The notes: a model not told the origin generated them from the letters alone. A DNA stretch of 64,000 bases from Deltaproteobacteria bacterium (GCA_052390235.1 JBQTHB010000003.1:256001-320000); one strand, 5' to 3'. Shown: positions 9,879 to 20,129, counted from the stretch's first letter. Made by a program: numbers and translations.

Positions 9879-10781
9879 TCACATTGCGGGCAACGCGATT
9901 TTCGCCTGATTTCCCTCTACTAATAGGGGAAACGGCTCGAGATGAATACCGGGCTGATCCAATCCCCGTCCGGCGCGTATAATATCAAATTGCGTGGAGC
10001 AAGCCTTACAGGTAAGCGAAGTCGTATCGAGTCTGCCCCCGGCAAGAGCCTCGCCGCATCCGGGACAGCGGCTCTCATAGGCGTAATAGGTCTCTCCCAA
10101 ACGGCAGAAAAGCACCAATCTTCCGGCGACTTCAATCACCTTGGCAGACCCGTGAGCTAGAGAATCAATCCCTCTAACCTCTTCCCACTCGCCTAACTCC
10201 TTACCCTTTGGCGCGCTCTGCTCGGACACCCGATTATTACTAATCTTCCCTTTAAATGACACGACGCCGGACGGAGACGGTCGTTCCACCACTCCTTCGG
10301 CTTCTATCGCCGTAACGTCGGGACAGTAGCCGTATATAGCTTCTTCTATTGCGAGTTTCAGCGTCATCGCCGACGACGGACAGCTCTTGCAACTCCCCTG
10401 AAGCCGAAGCCTCACCGCTCCCCTGCCCTCGTCAACGGATATGATTTCGACATTCCCGCCGTGGGATTTTAAATACGGGCGGACCTTATCGAGCGACTTC
10501 AGTACCCTCTCCTCGAGGCTCAGCGGATGAAGCCCGTAGAGGAGCAGCAAATTGTTGACTAAATCGTCCCCAGCCATGGCGTCGGCAATCCCATCGCCCC
10601 CGCCGTCCATTATAATTTCCATCATCCGCCCTATTCCCGCCCCGTGCAGATCCATTACCGACTGCACAAGCTCCTTTGCTTTCGCCCTGACGTTGGGGTC
10701 GGGAAACCGCTCGATTTCCTCCACTAAGTTCTCGATTTTTTGGATACCGCTTTGAAACCCGCTCTCGGCTGAAATCGGCAT
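9879..10781 (-). CDS. hhyE: NifU-like Fe-S protein with C-terminal Rieske-like domain (HhyE-like)
   Basis: VRPYLKSHGGNVE...GSCKSCPSS NifU-C motif; C-terminal CPGC...CKAC; directly after the large subunit. Confidence 0.85.
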   Translation of the reverse strand: MPISAESGFQSGIQKIENLVEEIERFPDPNVRAKAKELVQSVMDLHGAGIGRMMEIIMDGGGDGIADAMAGDDLVNNLLLLYGLHPLSLEERVLKSLDKVRPYLKSHGGNVEIISVDEGRGAVRLRLQGSCKSCPSSAMTLKLAIEEAIYGYCPDVTAIEAEGVVERPSPSGVVSFKGKISNNRVSEQSAPKGKELGEWEEVRGIDSLAHGSAKVIEVAGRLVLFCRLGETYYAYESRCPGCGEALAGGRLDTTSLTCKACSTQFDIIRAGRGLDQPGIHLEPFPLLVEGNQAKIALPAM

Positions 10782-10880
10782 GGGGGCTACCTCTCTTAAT
10801 TTATCGGGACAATGGGGTAAAGCTACATCGGGGAGAGGCGTAGAGATGAGTCCGCGCCCCTCTGCCCGACATAATGAGAC

Positions 10881-12689
10881 CTATTTTATATTGCCAAACG
10901 TCGGCGAATGGCGAACCTGGAGGGTTTTACCGTTGCCGAGGTACATATGGACTCCGCACGGGAGGCAGGGGTCGAAACTGCGAACCGCGCGCATGATGTC
11001 TATGCCCTTGAACTTATCGGGACCGTTTTCTTCAAATATCGGGGTGTTTTGAACCGCGTCCTCGTAAGGGCCGGGCGTGCCGTAAATGTCGCGGATGCTC
11101 CCGTTCCAAGGCGTAGGCGGATACGGATGATAATTGGCGATTTTGCCGTTTCTGATAACGACGTGATGAGAAAGCACGCCGCGGACGGCTTCGTGGAAAC
11201 CGCATCCGATGGCCTCTTCGGGAACTTTAAACTCGTTCCAAGTCTTGGTTCTTCCGGCGTGGAGTTCCTTAAAGGCTTGCTCCATAAAGTAGTAGGCGCA
11301 GGAGCAGGCATACACCTGGAAATACGTCCTTGCCCTGTCGCGCTCGATGGCGTTGCTCCATTTCGGTATATGCCATTCAAACTCGGTCTCGCCCATTGTC
11401 GCGGTTTTCGGGAGGTACATCTTCACGCTGTGTCCCGTGGCTTTTACGTAGCCGATGTCAACAAGCCCGGCAAGAGCCGTAGCCCAGAACCTGGCAATAG
11501 GGCCTCCGCCAGTGTCGAGAGCTAGGTAGTCTTTGCCGTCGAACCAGCGCGGCGACATGGTCCAGCTGTATTTATCTTTGAAATCCCTCTTCTGCGGCTT
11601 AGGAAGCGTGGTTTGATTCCACGGATGGCGTTTGTCAACGGGATTTCCAAGCGGGTCGTGCGTTACGAATGTCTCGGAGTTCTGCCAATCGTCGTAGAAT
11701 GAATGACCGAGCAGAATGCGGATACCGAGGTTAATGTCAACTAAGTTGTGCGTTACGAGCTTGCCGTCAACTACGACGCCGGGGGTAACGTACATCGCGT
11801 CTCCCCACTTAGCCATGTTTTTATAGTTGTAGTCGCAGACCTCAGGGTCTTGGAACGAACCCCAGCACCCAAGGAGCGTACGGCGGTAGCCCACTTTCTC
11901 GTAGCCCGGAAGAGCCTCATAGAAGAAATTAAACAGGTCGTCGTGGAGTGGCACGCATTTTTTCATAAATTCGGCGTATCTAGCCAAGCGCACCATATAG
12001 TCCGTAAACAGTTGCACCGTGGGTACTGTTCCCACCCCGCCCGGGTAGAGCGTCGAGGGATGAACGTGGCGTCCTTCCATCAGACAGAACATCTCGCGCG
12101 TGTAGCGGCTCACCATAAGCGTCTCGCGGTAGAAAGCGCCACTGAACGGATTGAGCGCGGTCATAATATCGCTTATTTTGCGGTAGCCGTGAATTGCGGC
12201 GTGGGGGGCATCGGTTCTCGTAGCCTTCTCCCACACGCTCGGATTGGTTTCCTTGACCATCTGCTCGCAGAAATCCACCCCCACGAGGTTGTCCTGGAAA
12301 ATGTTGTGGTCAAACATATATTCTGCCGCCTCGCCGAGGTTCACTATGCACTCAGCTATTGCGGGCGGTCTCACGCCGAACGCCATATTCTGGGCGTATG
12401 TGGCGCAAGTGGCGTGGTTATCCCCGCAGATTCCGCATATACGGCTCGTGATGAAGTGCGAGTCGCGAGGGTCTTTGCCTTTCATAAAGATGCTGTAGCC
12501 CCGGAAGATTGACGATGTGCTGTGGCACTCGGTAACCTGCCGGTTGGCAAAATCAATTTTCGTGTAAATCCCGAGACTCCCGACGATTCTAGTTATCGGG
12601 TCCCAGTTCATTTCAACAATATTGGGTGTAGCCATTTTCGTTTCACCTCCGAAAAATTTTACTACTTTGTCGAACATATCCGCCGCCAT
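10881..12689 (-). CDS. hhyL: Group 1h (high-affinity) [NiFe]-hydrogenase large subunit
   Basis: L1 TSRICGICGDNH and L2 SFDPCLPCGVH signatures, followed by a cleavable C-terminal tail; alternative start at 12635. Confidence 0.97.
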   Translation of the reverse strand: MAADMFDKVVKFFGGETKMATPNIVEMNWDPITRIVGSLGIYTKIDFANRQVTECHSTSSIFRGYSIFMKGKDPRDSHFITSRICGICGDNHATCATYAQNMAFGVRPPAIAECIVNLGEAAEYMFDHNIFQDNLVGVDFCEQMVKETNPSVWEKATRTDAPHAAIHGYRKISDIMTALNPFSGAFYRETLMVSRYTREMFCLMEGRHVHPSTLYPGGVGTVPTVQLFTDYMVRLARYAEFMKKCVPLHDDLFNFFYEALPGYEKVGYRRTLLGCWGSFQDPEVCDYNYKNMAKWGDAMYVTPGVVVDGKLVTHNLVDINLGIRILLGHSFYDDWQNSETFVTHDPLGNPVDKRHPWNQTTLPKPQKRDFKDKYSWTMSPRWFDGKDYLALDTGGGPIARFWATALAGLVDIGYVKATGHSVKMYLPKTATMGETEFEWHIPKWSNAIERDRARTYFQVYACSCAYYFMEQAFKELHAGRTKTWNEFKVPEEAIGCGFHEAVRGVLSHHVVIRNGKIANYHPYPPTPWNGSIRDIYGTPGPYEDAVQNTPIFEENGPDKFKGIDIMRAVRSFDPCLPCGVHMYLGNGKTLQVRHSPTFGNIK

Positions 12690-12730
12690 AGTTCCCTCCC
12701 CGCCGCAAAGTAATTTTCATAACCCCTCCG

Positions 12731-13786
12731 TTACTTGAACGTCGGACGATAGCCCGTCGTAATCTCAGGGCGCGGATGCCTCCATTTAGGTTCTTTGTTC
12801 AGGGTGTCATTGGTGAATTTGCGCAGCGCCCTCATCGCTCCGCCGTAGATTCCGCTCACGGAGGTGGACATCTTGCTTCCCGGAGGAGCGTCCATAAACG
12901 GCATGAATTTGTCGGGGAATCCGGGCATCGTGCATCCAATGCAGATTCCGCCCACGTTCGGACAGCCGCCTATGCCAGCCATCCATCCCCTCTTCGGGAC
13001 GTTGCAGTTGACCACGGGCCCCCAGCATCCGAGCTTCACTATGCACTTGGGCGAGCCATATTCCGTGGCAAAATCCCCTTCTTCGTAGTAACCGGCTCTA
13101 TCGCACCCGTCGTGAACGGTTTTGCCAAATAGCCACTCCGGCCTAAGAGCCTCGTCAAGTGGAATCATCGGAGCAAGCCCCGCCACCATGTAGAGCAGAT
13201 ACAGCACGGTTTCCATAAAATTATCGGGCTGCACCGGGCATCCGGGGACATTTACTATCGGGACTCCAGCTTTCGATTTCCAGTCCCACCCCAAGTAGTC
13301 GGCAACGCCCATCGCTCCCGTTGGGTTTCCCGCCATTGCGTGGATGCCGCCGTAAGTGGCGCATGTGCCGCAGCAGACCACGGCTAGAGCCTTCGGGGCA
13401 AGCCGGTCTATCCACTCATTCGTGGTTATGGGCTGTCCGGTTTCTTTATTCGTTCCCATAGCCGCCCAATAACCCTCGCTTTTTATCTTCTCGTTGGGTA
13501 TTGAGCCTTCCAAGACCAATACGAAGGGGTCAAGCTCCCCGCGTTCAGCCATATACCAATATTTCATAAAATCGTCCCCGACCTCGTACGCGAGAACCGG
13601 ATTATGTATATGCACCCTCGGAAGCCCCGGAATAGCCCCCAAGACAATGTCCTCGAGGCTGGGCTGAGTGGCGGCGGTTATCGAAACCGAATCGCCGTCG
13701 CATCCGAGACCGGTCGTCATCCAAACTATGTGAATATCCGGTACCGGGGACGGTCTCTGCGTTTTCTGTCCATAGTACTCTGCCAT
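12731..13786 (-). CDS. hhyS: Group 1h [NiFe]-hydrogenase small subunit
   Basis: GCDGDS (Asp-ligated proximal cluster), GCPVQP, HDGCDR, GCWGP, CIGCTMPGFPD; no Tat signal. Confidence 0.97.
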   Translation of the reverse strand: MAEYYGQKTQRPSPVPDIHIVWMTTGLGCDGDSVSITAATQPSLEDIVLGAIPGLPRVHIHNPVLAYEVGDDFMKYWYMAERGELDPFVLVLEGSIPNEKIKSEGYWAAMGTNKETGQPITTNEWIDRLAPKALAVVCCGTCATYGGIHAMAGNPTGAMGVADYLGWDWKSKAGVPIVNVPGCPVQPDNFMETVLYLLYMVAGLAPMIPLDEALRPEWLFGKTVHDGCDRAGYYEEGDFATEYGSPKCIVKLGCWGPVVNCNVPKRGWMAGIGGCPNVGGICIGCTMPGFPDKFMPFMDAPPGSKMSTSVSGIYGGAMRALRKFTNDTLNKEPKWRHPRPEITTGYRPTFK

Positions 13787-14097
13787 TGTAGTTCCCTCCC
13801 TTCAAAATAGATTTAAGAAACGGTTGCCTGAGCTTTAGGGGAATGAACTGCGCGTAGGAGGCGGCAGCGAAGAGAAACCTATGGCGGATTAGCCTGGCTA
13901 CGAAAAAACGGGCGGCGCGGCGTGTGAGTATGAGATTAAGAACACAATTCCAAGGCGTGAATAGCGTCGGACGCGATACAACCCGCCCACTTCACTCTCA
14001 CCTAATTTACTGCTTTCCTTCCCCGATTTTTCCTTTTTCTCTCATTTGGCTTAAGTCGAATATTTTGTAGAGATAATACCAACTGAAAGTTATTACC

Positions 14098-14127
14098 ATC
14101 TTATCAAAAACGATAATTATTTGTCAA
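14098..14127 (-). promoter_or_regulatory. Putative sigma-70 promoter of the hhy operon with an overlapping TTATC-N6-GATAA inverted repeat
   Basis: Minus strand TTGACA-N18-TAAGAT with extended TG; inverted repeat at 14101-14116. Confidence 0.55.
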
Positions 14128-14306
14128 GGGGTTTTTTAAAGTTAATACGAAATATCATACCAATGGAGTTCTCACCAATAATTAAAAATGATTTCAGCGC
14201 CGTGCCCGCACTGCAGTTCATCCCAAAGAGGGTCTGTCATGCTGAGGACATTCACTAGGTTTGTGCTAGAGAAGAAAATTTATTAAGGGGGGGGAAATCA
14301 GCGCTT

Positions 14307-15308
14307 TCAGTCAAGCGGCGTTGAGAGCTTTTTAAAAAATCGGAGTGTCTTAAGTAGCCTCATGCCTACTAGAGTGGGAGAGTATTCGACTCTAGGGGGA
14401 ATCTCGGCGTACATTTGCCGCTCTATCAGACCCCCCTCTTCGAGTTCGTCGAGCCGCTGGGACAGAGTAGAAGGGCTTATTTTAGGGAATTTATCTCTGA
14501 TTTCGCCGAATCTGAGGGTTTTATTGCTCTCAAGGAGGTTCAGTATGAATACGGCGTGTTTTTTCCCTATGATGTGGACTATGTCCCCGTTTGGGGAATC
14601 CCCGTCTTGCTCCATGTAGGGGAATTCCACCGAGGCGTGAGGGAGTTCGTAGTCGTCGAGGCGAAATTCCTTGAGACGGGCGAGCCGCCATTCAATTTCC
14701 GAGACATCGTCGGTAACGGAGGGGTGTATATAATAGGGATTCCCGCAAAAGCAGTCCCCGACTACGGCAAGGGGGTGAGTCCTAAACGCCTGATTGACAA
14801 AGGACGAGGGGAGCTTGCGGCGGTTGTACTGGCATACGATTTTCGCTGGCACGTCGGGGGTGAAAATAGAATTTATCTCGGCTTCCCAGCGCTCCAATTT
14901 TTCCGCGTCAATATCGTCTGAGCCTAGAGTCCAGGTCATCTCAACGGCGAATCGGACACCGCTAAAACCGGCGGCGAGAGAGTCATCTATGAGCCGCTTA
15001 AGCCGCGCCGCCCTTTGCGCATCCCCTACAGCGCCAAGGGCAATCCACTCGTGCTTTGTCCAAATCTCCAGCGCGCCGCGCCGGGTTTCAGCATCGGGGT
15101 CTATGCCATTCATCTTGAGAACTAAGTGAAGCTGGGCGGGAGACAGGTCGTCGGCTATATAGAAAAATCGCTCGCCTTGCTTAAGCCCCTGCTTAATAAA
15201 CGGGATGAGAGCCGGCATCTGCTCAAGCGGGTCTCTGTCGTAAATTAGACAGATATGGTCGCCCTTAGGCTCGGACATTCGATTCTCAAGCGAAGTATGG
15301 ATTTTCAT
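14307..15308 (-). CDS. MEDS sensory domain fused to a HxlR-family winged-helix regulator
   Basis: N-terminal GDHICLIY...EMTW...CQYNRR...THP (MEDS); C-terminal LRFGEI...ISPSTLSQRL.ELE..GLI.R..YAEIPPRVEYS (HxlR). Confidence 0.85.
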   Translation of the reverse strand: MKIHTSLENRMSEPKGDHICLIYDRDPLEQMPALIPFIKQGLKQGERFFYIADDLSPAQLHLVLKMNGIDPDAETRRGALEIWTKHEWIALGAVGDAQRAARLKRLIDDSLAAGFSGVRFAVEMTWTLGSDDIDAEKLERWEAEINSIFTPDVPAKIVCQYNRRKLPSSFVNQAFRTHPLAVVGDCFCGNPYYIHPSVTDDVSEIEWRLARLKEFRLDDYELPHASVEFPYMEQDGDSPNGDIVHIIGKKHAVFILNLLESNKTLRFGEIRDKFPKISPSTLSQRLDELEEGGLIERQMYAEIPPRVEYSPTLVGMRLLKTLRFFKKLSTPLD

Positions 15309-15582
15309 CGCTCATCGCTCTTAGAACTATTATTTAATTCGGGGAAAGTATAATACAAAAAATGAAAATGGGAAGGGCAAGCGCAAAGAATGAAACGGGC
15401 AATAGAAAACCGCAGGGATAAAAACCACTCAGGGCATCATCCCAAAATTACCTCCAGCCATCTCTAAAGGCTATGAGACATCTCATAATGTCATTGGGAG
15501 AGGAGGAACAGAGGGAATCTCAGTAAATATTTCTCTGTGGAGTTTCCACGATACCTCAACATAAACCCTCCTTTGAGATGGC

Positions 15583-17589
15583 TCACAGTTGCAGTCTAAG
15601 AATGCGTTTTATCTCATTTGCAATCCCTCCCGCCGAGATGCCGTAGAGGTTCAGCAGTTCTTCGGGCTTTCCCGACCTCGGCATCCCGCGCACGGCGAGC
15701 TTGAAAACCCGCACACCCTCCGCCCCAACCGCATCCAGCACGGCATCGCCCACGCCTCCCTCGGCGTAGTGGTCCTCAACTGTGAGAATCAAATTATCAG
15801 TCTCCGAAGCCGCCTTGAGGAGCGTATCGCGGTCAACGGGCTTGACCGAGTAGAGGTCTATTACGCGAACCGAGATGTTTTCTCTGCGTAGCTCCTCGTG
15901 AGCCCCAAGCGCTTCGTGAACGGTTACGCCGGCGGCGACGACGGTCAATTTGTCATAATCTCCCGCCCGTAGCGTCTTACACCCGCCTATGGCAAACACC
16001 TCGTCTGCGGGATAAATTACGGGGGTTTTCGGTCTGCTCGCGCGTATATAGACAATTCCCTTATGTGCCGCCGCAAGAGCGGTAACGCGCTCGGCTGACA
16101 CGGCGTCCGATGGATACAGCACAACCGACCCGGCTACGGCGCGCATCATCGCAATATCCTCAAGCCCCATTTGAGATGGGCCATCCTCGCCAATGGAAAC
16201 CCCGACGTGCGAGCCGCAGAGTTTTATATTTGCCCGCGACACCCCAGCCATTCGGATCTGGTCAAAGGCGCGCGTGAGGAAACAGGCAAAGCTCGAGGCA
16301 AAGGGAATTTTCCCGCGCGTCTGAAGCCCCACGGCGACTCCTATCATGTTCTGCTCGGCGATATAGCACTCGATGAAGCGCTCGGGGAACTCAAAGAGGA
16401 ATTTCTCGGAAAAAGTCGAATTCTTAACGTCGGCGTCCAGCGCAACCACGTTTTCGTTAGCGCGCCCTAATTTCGCCAAAGCGACTCCGTAAGCCTCGCG
16501 CGTTGCCGCCATGAACCCCATTTCGTAATCCGGCGGCTCTACAGATACTATTGGCGGCGGATTCGGAGTGAATGAGCGCGGCGCCCTGCCAGATGCTTCG
16601 TGCCAATAGTCCATGAGCCTGTCGTCTATGTCGCCCGCGCCGGGGATTTGCTCAAATTCTCCCTCCGAGGGCGGCGCGATTCGCAGAGTCGGCTCTTCGC
16701 CCTCAATCGCCAGTTCTCCCATCGCCTGCTCCAGCATACTCCCCTTGGGAACGGCTTTTCCGTGCCAGCCGTCCTTATCCTCGAGAAACGACACCCCTCT
16801 GCCCTTAAACGTTTTAGCGAGTATCACCGAGGGACGAGCGGGGCTGTGCTTTGCCCATTCAAAAGCCGAGACAACCTGCTCCATATCGTGTCCGTCAATT
16901 ACGGCGGCGCGCCAGCCGAACGCCTCAAATCGCCTTTTATACGATTCCACATCATGCCCGCAGGCGGTGCGCCCGCTCTGTCCGAGACCGTTTATATCCA
17001 CGAGAGCGGTCAAATTATGTAGCCTATGGTGCGAGGCGAGCGCCGCCGCTTCCCACACGCTCCCCTCCGCCGTCTCGCCGTCGCCCATAAGCACATATAC
17101 GTTATAACCCAGCGCGTCGAGCCTGCCGGCAAGCGCCATGCCGACCCCTATGGAAAGTCCCTGCCCAAGAGAGCCTGTAGCGACTTCCGACCAAGCAAGG
17201 CGTGGCGTGGGGTGTCCCTCCAGTTCGCTGTCAATTCGCCTCAGCGTCATGAGGCGTTCAAAGGGAAACGCCCCCGCCTCAGCCCACGCGGCGTAGAGTA
17301 TCGGGGCGGCGTGTCCCTTTGATAACACCACGCGGTCGTTTCGAGGGTTTAAGGGATTCGCAGTTTCATAGCGCAGGGCGTAGAAAAAGAGCGCCGCAAT
17401 TAAATCGGCAGAGGACATACAAGTTGTGGGATGCCCTGAGCCGGCTTCGCTCGTCATCCTGAGCGAATGTTGCCGCAGCCTTGCCGCCACGCCCTTGAGA
17501 CGCAGGATGAGACCCTGACGGTCGCCCCCATCGAGAGTCGCCGCCGGTTCTCCACCCCCGCCGGATTCGATTAGTATAGGCTGTCTCAT
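15583..17589 (-). CDS. tkt: Transketolase
   Basis: SGHPT, SKGHAAP, TGSLGQG, GDGE TPP motif, GEDGPSQ; start moved to ATG 17589 (GGGAGGGAG SD). Confidence 0.95.
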   Translation of the reverse strand: MRQPILIESGGGGEPAATLDGGDRQGLILRLKGVAARLRQHSLRMTSEAGSGHPTTCMSSADLIAALFFYALRYETANPLNPRNDRVVLSKGHAAPILYAAWAEAGAFPFERLMTLRRIDSELEGHPTPRLAWSEVATGSLGQGLSIGVGMALAGRLDALGYNVYVLMGDGETAEGSVWEAAALASHHRLHNLTALVDINGLGQSGRTACGHDVESYKRRFEAFGWRAAVIDGHDMEQVVSAFEWAKHSPARPSVILAKTFKGRGVSFLEDKDGWHGKAVPKGSMLEQAMGELAIEGEEPTLRIAPPSEGEFEQIPGAGDIDDRLMDYWHEASGRAPRSFTPNPPPIVSVEPPDYEMGFMAATREAYGVALAKLGRANENVVALDADVKNSTFSEKFLFEFPERFIECYIAEQNMIGVAVGLQTRGKIPFASSFACFLTRAFDQIRMAGVSRANIKLCGSHVGVSIGEDGPSQMGLEDIAMMRAVAGSVVLYPSDAVSAERVTALAAAHKGIVYIRASRPKTPVIYPADEVFAIGGCKTLRAGDYDKLTVVAAGVTVHEALGAHEELRRENISVRVIDLYSVKPVDRDTLLKAASETDNLILTVEDHYAEGGVGDAVLDAVGAEGVRVFKLAVRGMPRSGKPEELLNLYGISAGGIANEIKRILRLQL

Positions 17590-17648
17590 CGCTACTCCCT
17601 CCCTGAATTTTGTATTTTCTGAGCTAGACTCATTCCCGAATCGCGCAT

Positions 17649-17957
17649 TCAGCGCCGGCGCTGTCGGTGTGCGTCGCGCGGGCTGTCTATAGCAAGGGGA
17701 TACCTCTGCGCGCCGAAGCCCTTCTCGACCAGCTCGCATAGCTCTTTCATCCCCCCCGCGGACTCGTCGCCGTGTTTGGCGGAGCGCTCAGCCCCAGTCC
17801 ACAAACCGCAGGTATCTGAGCCGCAGGTTGCGCACGTCCAGACGCCGTAGAGTATCTTATAGCCGTTCTTACTCGTATTTGAGTCCAGCACTTCAAATGC
17901 GAGAAAGTCTCCGCATTCTTCACACCTGTCGTTCGTGCGTATTATCCTCTCGTTCAT
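17649..17957 (-). CDS. Small Cys-rich (two CxxC) Zn-ribbon-like hypothetical protein inside the cbb operon
   Basis: ATG 17957 with GAGG SD; CEECG...CATCG; fills the prk-tkt gap on the same strand. Confidence 0.55.
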   Translation of the reverse strand: MNERIIRTNDRCEECGDFLAFEVLDSNTSKNGYKILYGVWTCATCGSDTCGLWTGAERSAKHGDESAGGMKELCELVEKGFGAQRYPLAIDSPRDAHRQRRR

Positions 17958-18046
17958 TTCTGCGCCTCGTTGCAACGCGGTTTTTCGAGCGCGTATATAT
18001 AATAAAACTCCCCGCCCCAGAATTAGCCCAGCGCGCACCCGCCAAG

Positions 18047-19054
18047 TTACGCATAGACAGGTTCGTCTTGTGCCGCCTCCTTCTGCGAGCGCACCCGGCT
18101 GAGGGCGGCAACCGGTGTGGCAAACGGCACGGACGTCCCGTTGTAGGCGCGAATCACATGGTAAGTGAGTAGGAGCTGCGCTAGGGCAAGCGGGTGGCTG
18201 TGGCGCGCCTCGACGCCGTCCTGATAAGAGCCAAGCTGCCGACCGGACAACGGACGCGGCTCGGGGAAATGAGCCAAAACGGCCTCTTCGAGTATCGTCG
18301 CACTCTCAGGGGTTACGCTTCCGTCAATCTCAAGAAAATCCGCCGGACGACCGCCGTCGCGCCCAAGCCTAAGGCGCATCCCAGGGGCGCGGGAATCATC
18401 AAACAAGTAACTCAGGTCAGGATGGGGTATCGTGGGGCGTAGCACAAAGCCGACGTTAAGGTCTCCATTCGCCCGCTCGGCGCTGATGCCTTCTGGGGGA
18501 TAGAACTTCATCACAATATCGGACGATTCCCTCTGGGGGCGGATGAAATCCTGCGAGTCGCCCTCGCGCTTGTCGAGTTCCGCCAGCACCTGCTCGACCG
18601 TGTAGCCGCGCTTTGTGGTGTCGCGCTTGACCTTCCATAGCCGCCGCAGGTCTTCAGGGGGGTCTAAATACACTTTTACGTCGTAGAATCGGCGCATCAC
18701 CGGGGAGTGGAAGCCAAGCAGTCCCTCGACGATGACAAACTCCTTGGGCTGAACGTACTCAGGGCGGATAATAGAGCCTGTGGAGTGGTCATAGACGGGT
18801 TTGAGAATCGGTTGCCCGTAGTGCAGTCGCTCCAGATGAAGCTCCAGAATGTCGAGGTAGTTGCAGTCCGGGTGGAGGGCCGTGATGCCGAGTTTCGCCC
18901 GCTCACGCCGGTCATATTTATGGTAGTCGTCGGTGCAGACGTGGGTAACGCGCTCCTCGCCAAGGAGGTTAACCAGCCCCCTCGTAATTGTGGTTTTGCC
19001 GGACGCGCTGTCGCCTACAATGCCAAGTATTATCGGTCGCTGCGGTGTGGTCAT
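18047..19054 (-). CDS. prk: Phosphoribulokinase
   Basis: GDSASGKTT P-loop, DDYHKYDR, KPVYDH, KRDT..RG; lies in the cbb cluster. Confidence 0.93.
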   Translation of the reverse strand: MTTPQRPIILGIVGDSASGKTTITRGLVNLLGEERVTHVCTDDYHKYDRRERAKLGITALHPDCNYLDILELHLERLHYGQPILKPVYDHSTGSIIRPEYVQPKEFVIVEGLLGFHSPVMRRFYDVKVYLDPPEDLRRLWKVKRDTTKRGYTVEQVLAELDKREGDSQDFIRPQRESSDIVMKFYPPEGISAERANGDLNVGFVLRPTIPHPDLSYLFDDSRAPGMRLRLGRDGGRPADFLEIDGSVTPESATILEEAVLAHFPEPRPLSGRQLGSYQDGVEARHSHPLALAQLLLTYHVIRAYNGTSVPFATPVAALSRVRSQKEAAQDEPVYA

Positions 19055-19084
19055 GTTGCGTCTCCTCGCTTCTCGGCGGGATTA

Positions 19085-20032
19085 TTAATTATCCTCCGCC
19101 GACGCGTCAATTCCCCCTCGAAAAACACGGCTTTGTCGTATGTCGGCGGCGTCAATCCGCGCGAGTTCTCCTTTAGTAATCCGCCCCCCTCGGCTCACGA
19201 GGCGGCTCGCGTGCCGGAGCCTGAAGCGGTCAATTGCGTTGCGCACGCTTCGCCCGTTGGCAAAGTGGGGCTGACTAATCCTCAGCTGCAGATACTCCCG
19301 AAACGCCTCCCTCGCCTCGGCGTCGAAGCAGTACATCTGGCGCGCGAGGAGTAGCTCTCCAATGGCAGTCAGCTCGTCCATCGAGTAATCGGGAAAATCA
19401 ATGTGATGGGCGATGCGGGAGCGAAATCCTGGGTTATATTGAAAAAACGTGTCCATTCTATCTCTGTATCCGGCGAGGATTACAACTAAATCGTCGCGGC
19501 GGTTTTCCATCACCTGAAGGAGCATCTCAATGGCCTCCTGCCCGTAGTCGCGCTCGTTTTCAGGGCGGTACAGATAATACGCCTCGTCAATAAACAACAG
19601 CCCTCCGGCGGCTTTTTTGAGCGCCTCTTTGGTCTTCGGCGCAGTGTGTCCCACGTACTGCCCCACGAGGTCGTCGCGCGTTGCCACAACCAAGCGGTCG
19701 TGGCGCAGATACCCAAGGCTATGGAGAATTTTCGCCATCCTGAAGGCAACCGAGGTCTTTCCCGTGCCGGGGCGCCCTGTGAAGCTCATGTGGAGCGTCG
19801 GCGGGTCGGCGGCAAGCCCCGCCCTCTTGCGCAGGCTATCCACCAAGAGCAGAGCCGCAATCTCCCGAATGCGGGATTTCACAGGGGCAAGCCCGACTAG
19901 CTCGCGGTCTAGGTCGCCGAGAATATCGCCGATATTGGACGCGCGCCTAGTCTCGTCTATATCCAGATACAGCGTCTCGTTTTCTTCGGGCATTTCCAGC
20001 TCCGATACCGATTCCGCGTTTGTGCTTTTCAT
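19085..20032 (-). CDS. cbbX: Red-type RuBisCO activase CbbX
   Basis: ELVGLAPVK.RIREIAALL, HMSFTG.PGTGKT, GQYVGHTAPKT, NERDYGQEAIE. Confidence 0.97.
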   Translation of the reverse strand: MKSTNAESVSELEMPEENETLYLDIDETRRASNIGDILGDLDRELVGLAPVKSRIREIAALLLVDSLRKRAGLAADPPTLHMSFTGRPGTGKTSVAFRMAKILHSLGYLRHDRLVVATRDDLVGQYVGHTAPKTKEALKKAAGGLLFIDEAYYLYRPENERDYGQEAIEMLLQVMENRRDDLVVILAGYRDRMDTFFQYNPGFRSRIAHHIDFPDYSMDELTAIGELLLARQMYCFDAEAREAFREYLQLRISQPHFANGRSVRNAIDRFRLRHASRLVSRGGRITKGELARIDAADIRQSRVFRGGIDASAEDN

Positions 20033-20129
20033 AAGGCCACTCCTCAGCTATTCATTCCGTCCCTCGTGAGCCGTCGGGCGCATCCCCCTGCCCCGAATTC
20101 CCCTCGCCAGATGCGCCGACGGTATTGCA

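Noticed and set aside
10908..12512. Long plus-strand ORFs (10908-11525, 11748-12512)
   Set aside because: Antisense shadows of hhyL with no recognisable motifs; the same applies to similar shadows over hypD, prk, tkt and 62153-62899
13787..14090. Long hhyS leader as a riboswitch (e.g. NiCo) or leader peptide
   Set aside because: No consensus I can recognise and only a 12-codon ORF without a clear SD; an Rfam scan would be needed
17590..17739. Extended N-termini from the ORF track (tkt, and similarly hypF, tal, cbbS, cdsA, ParA, SIMPL, AKR)
   Set aside because: Downstream starts have better SD sequences and match family N-termini; several extensions overlap other genes or promoters
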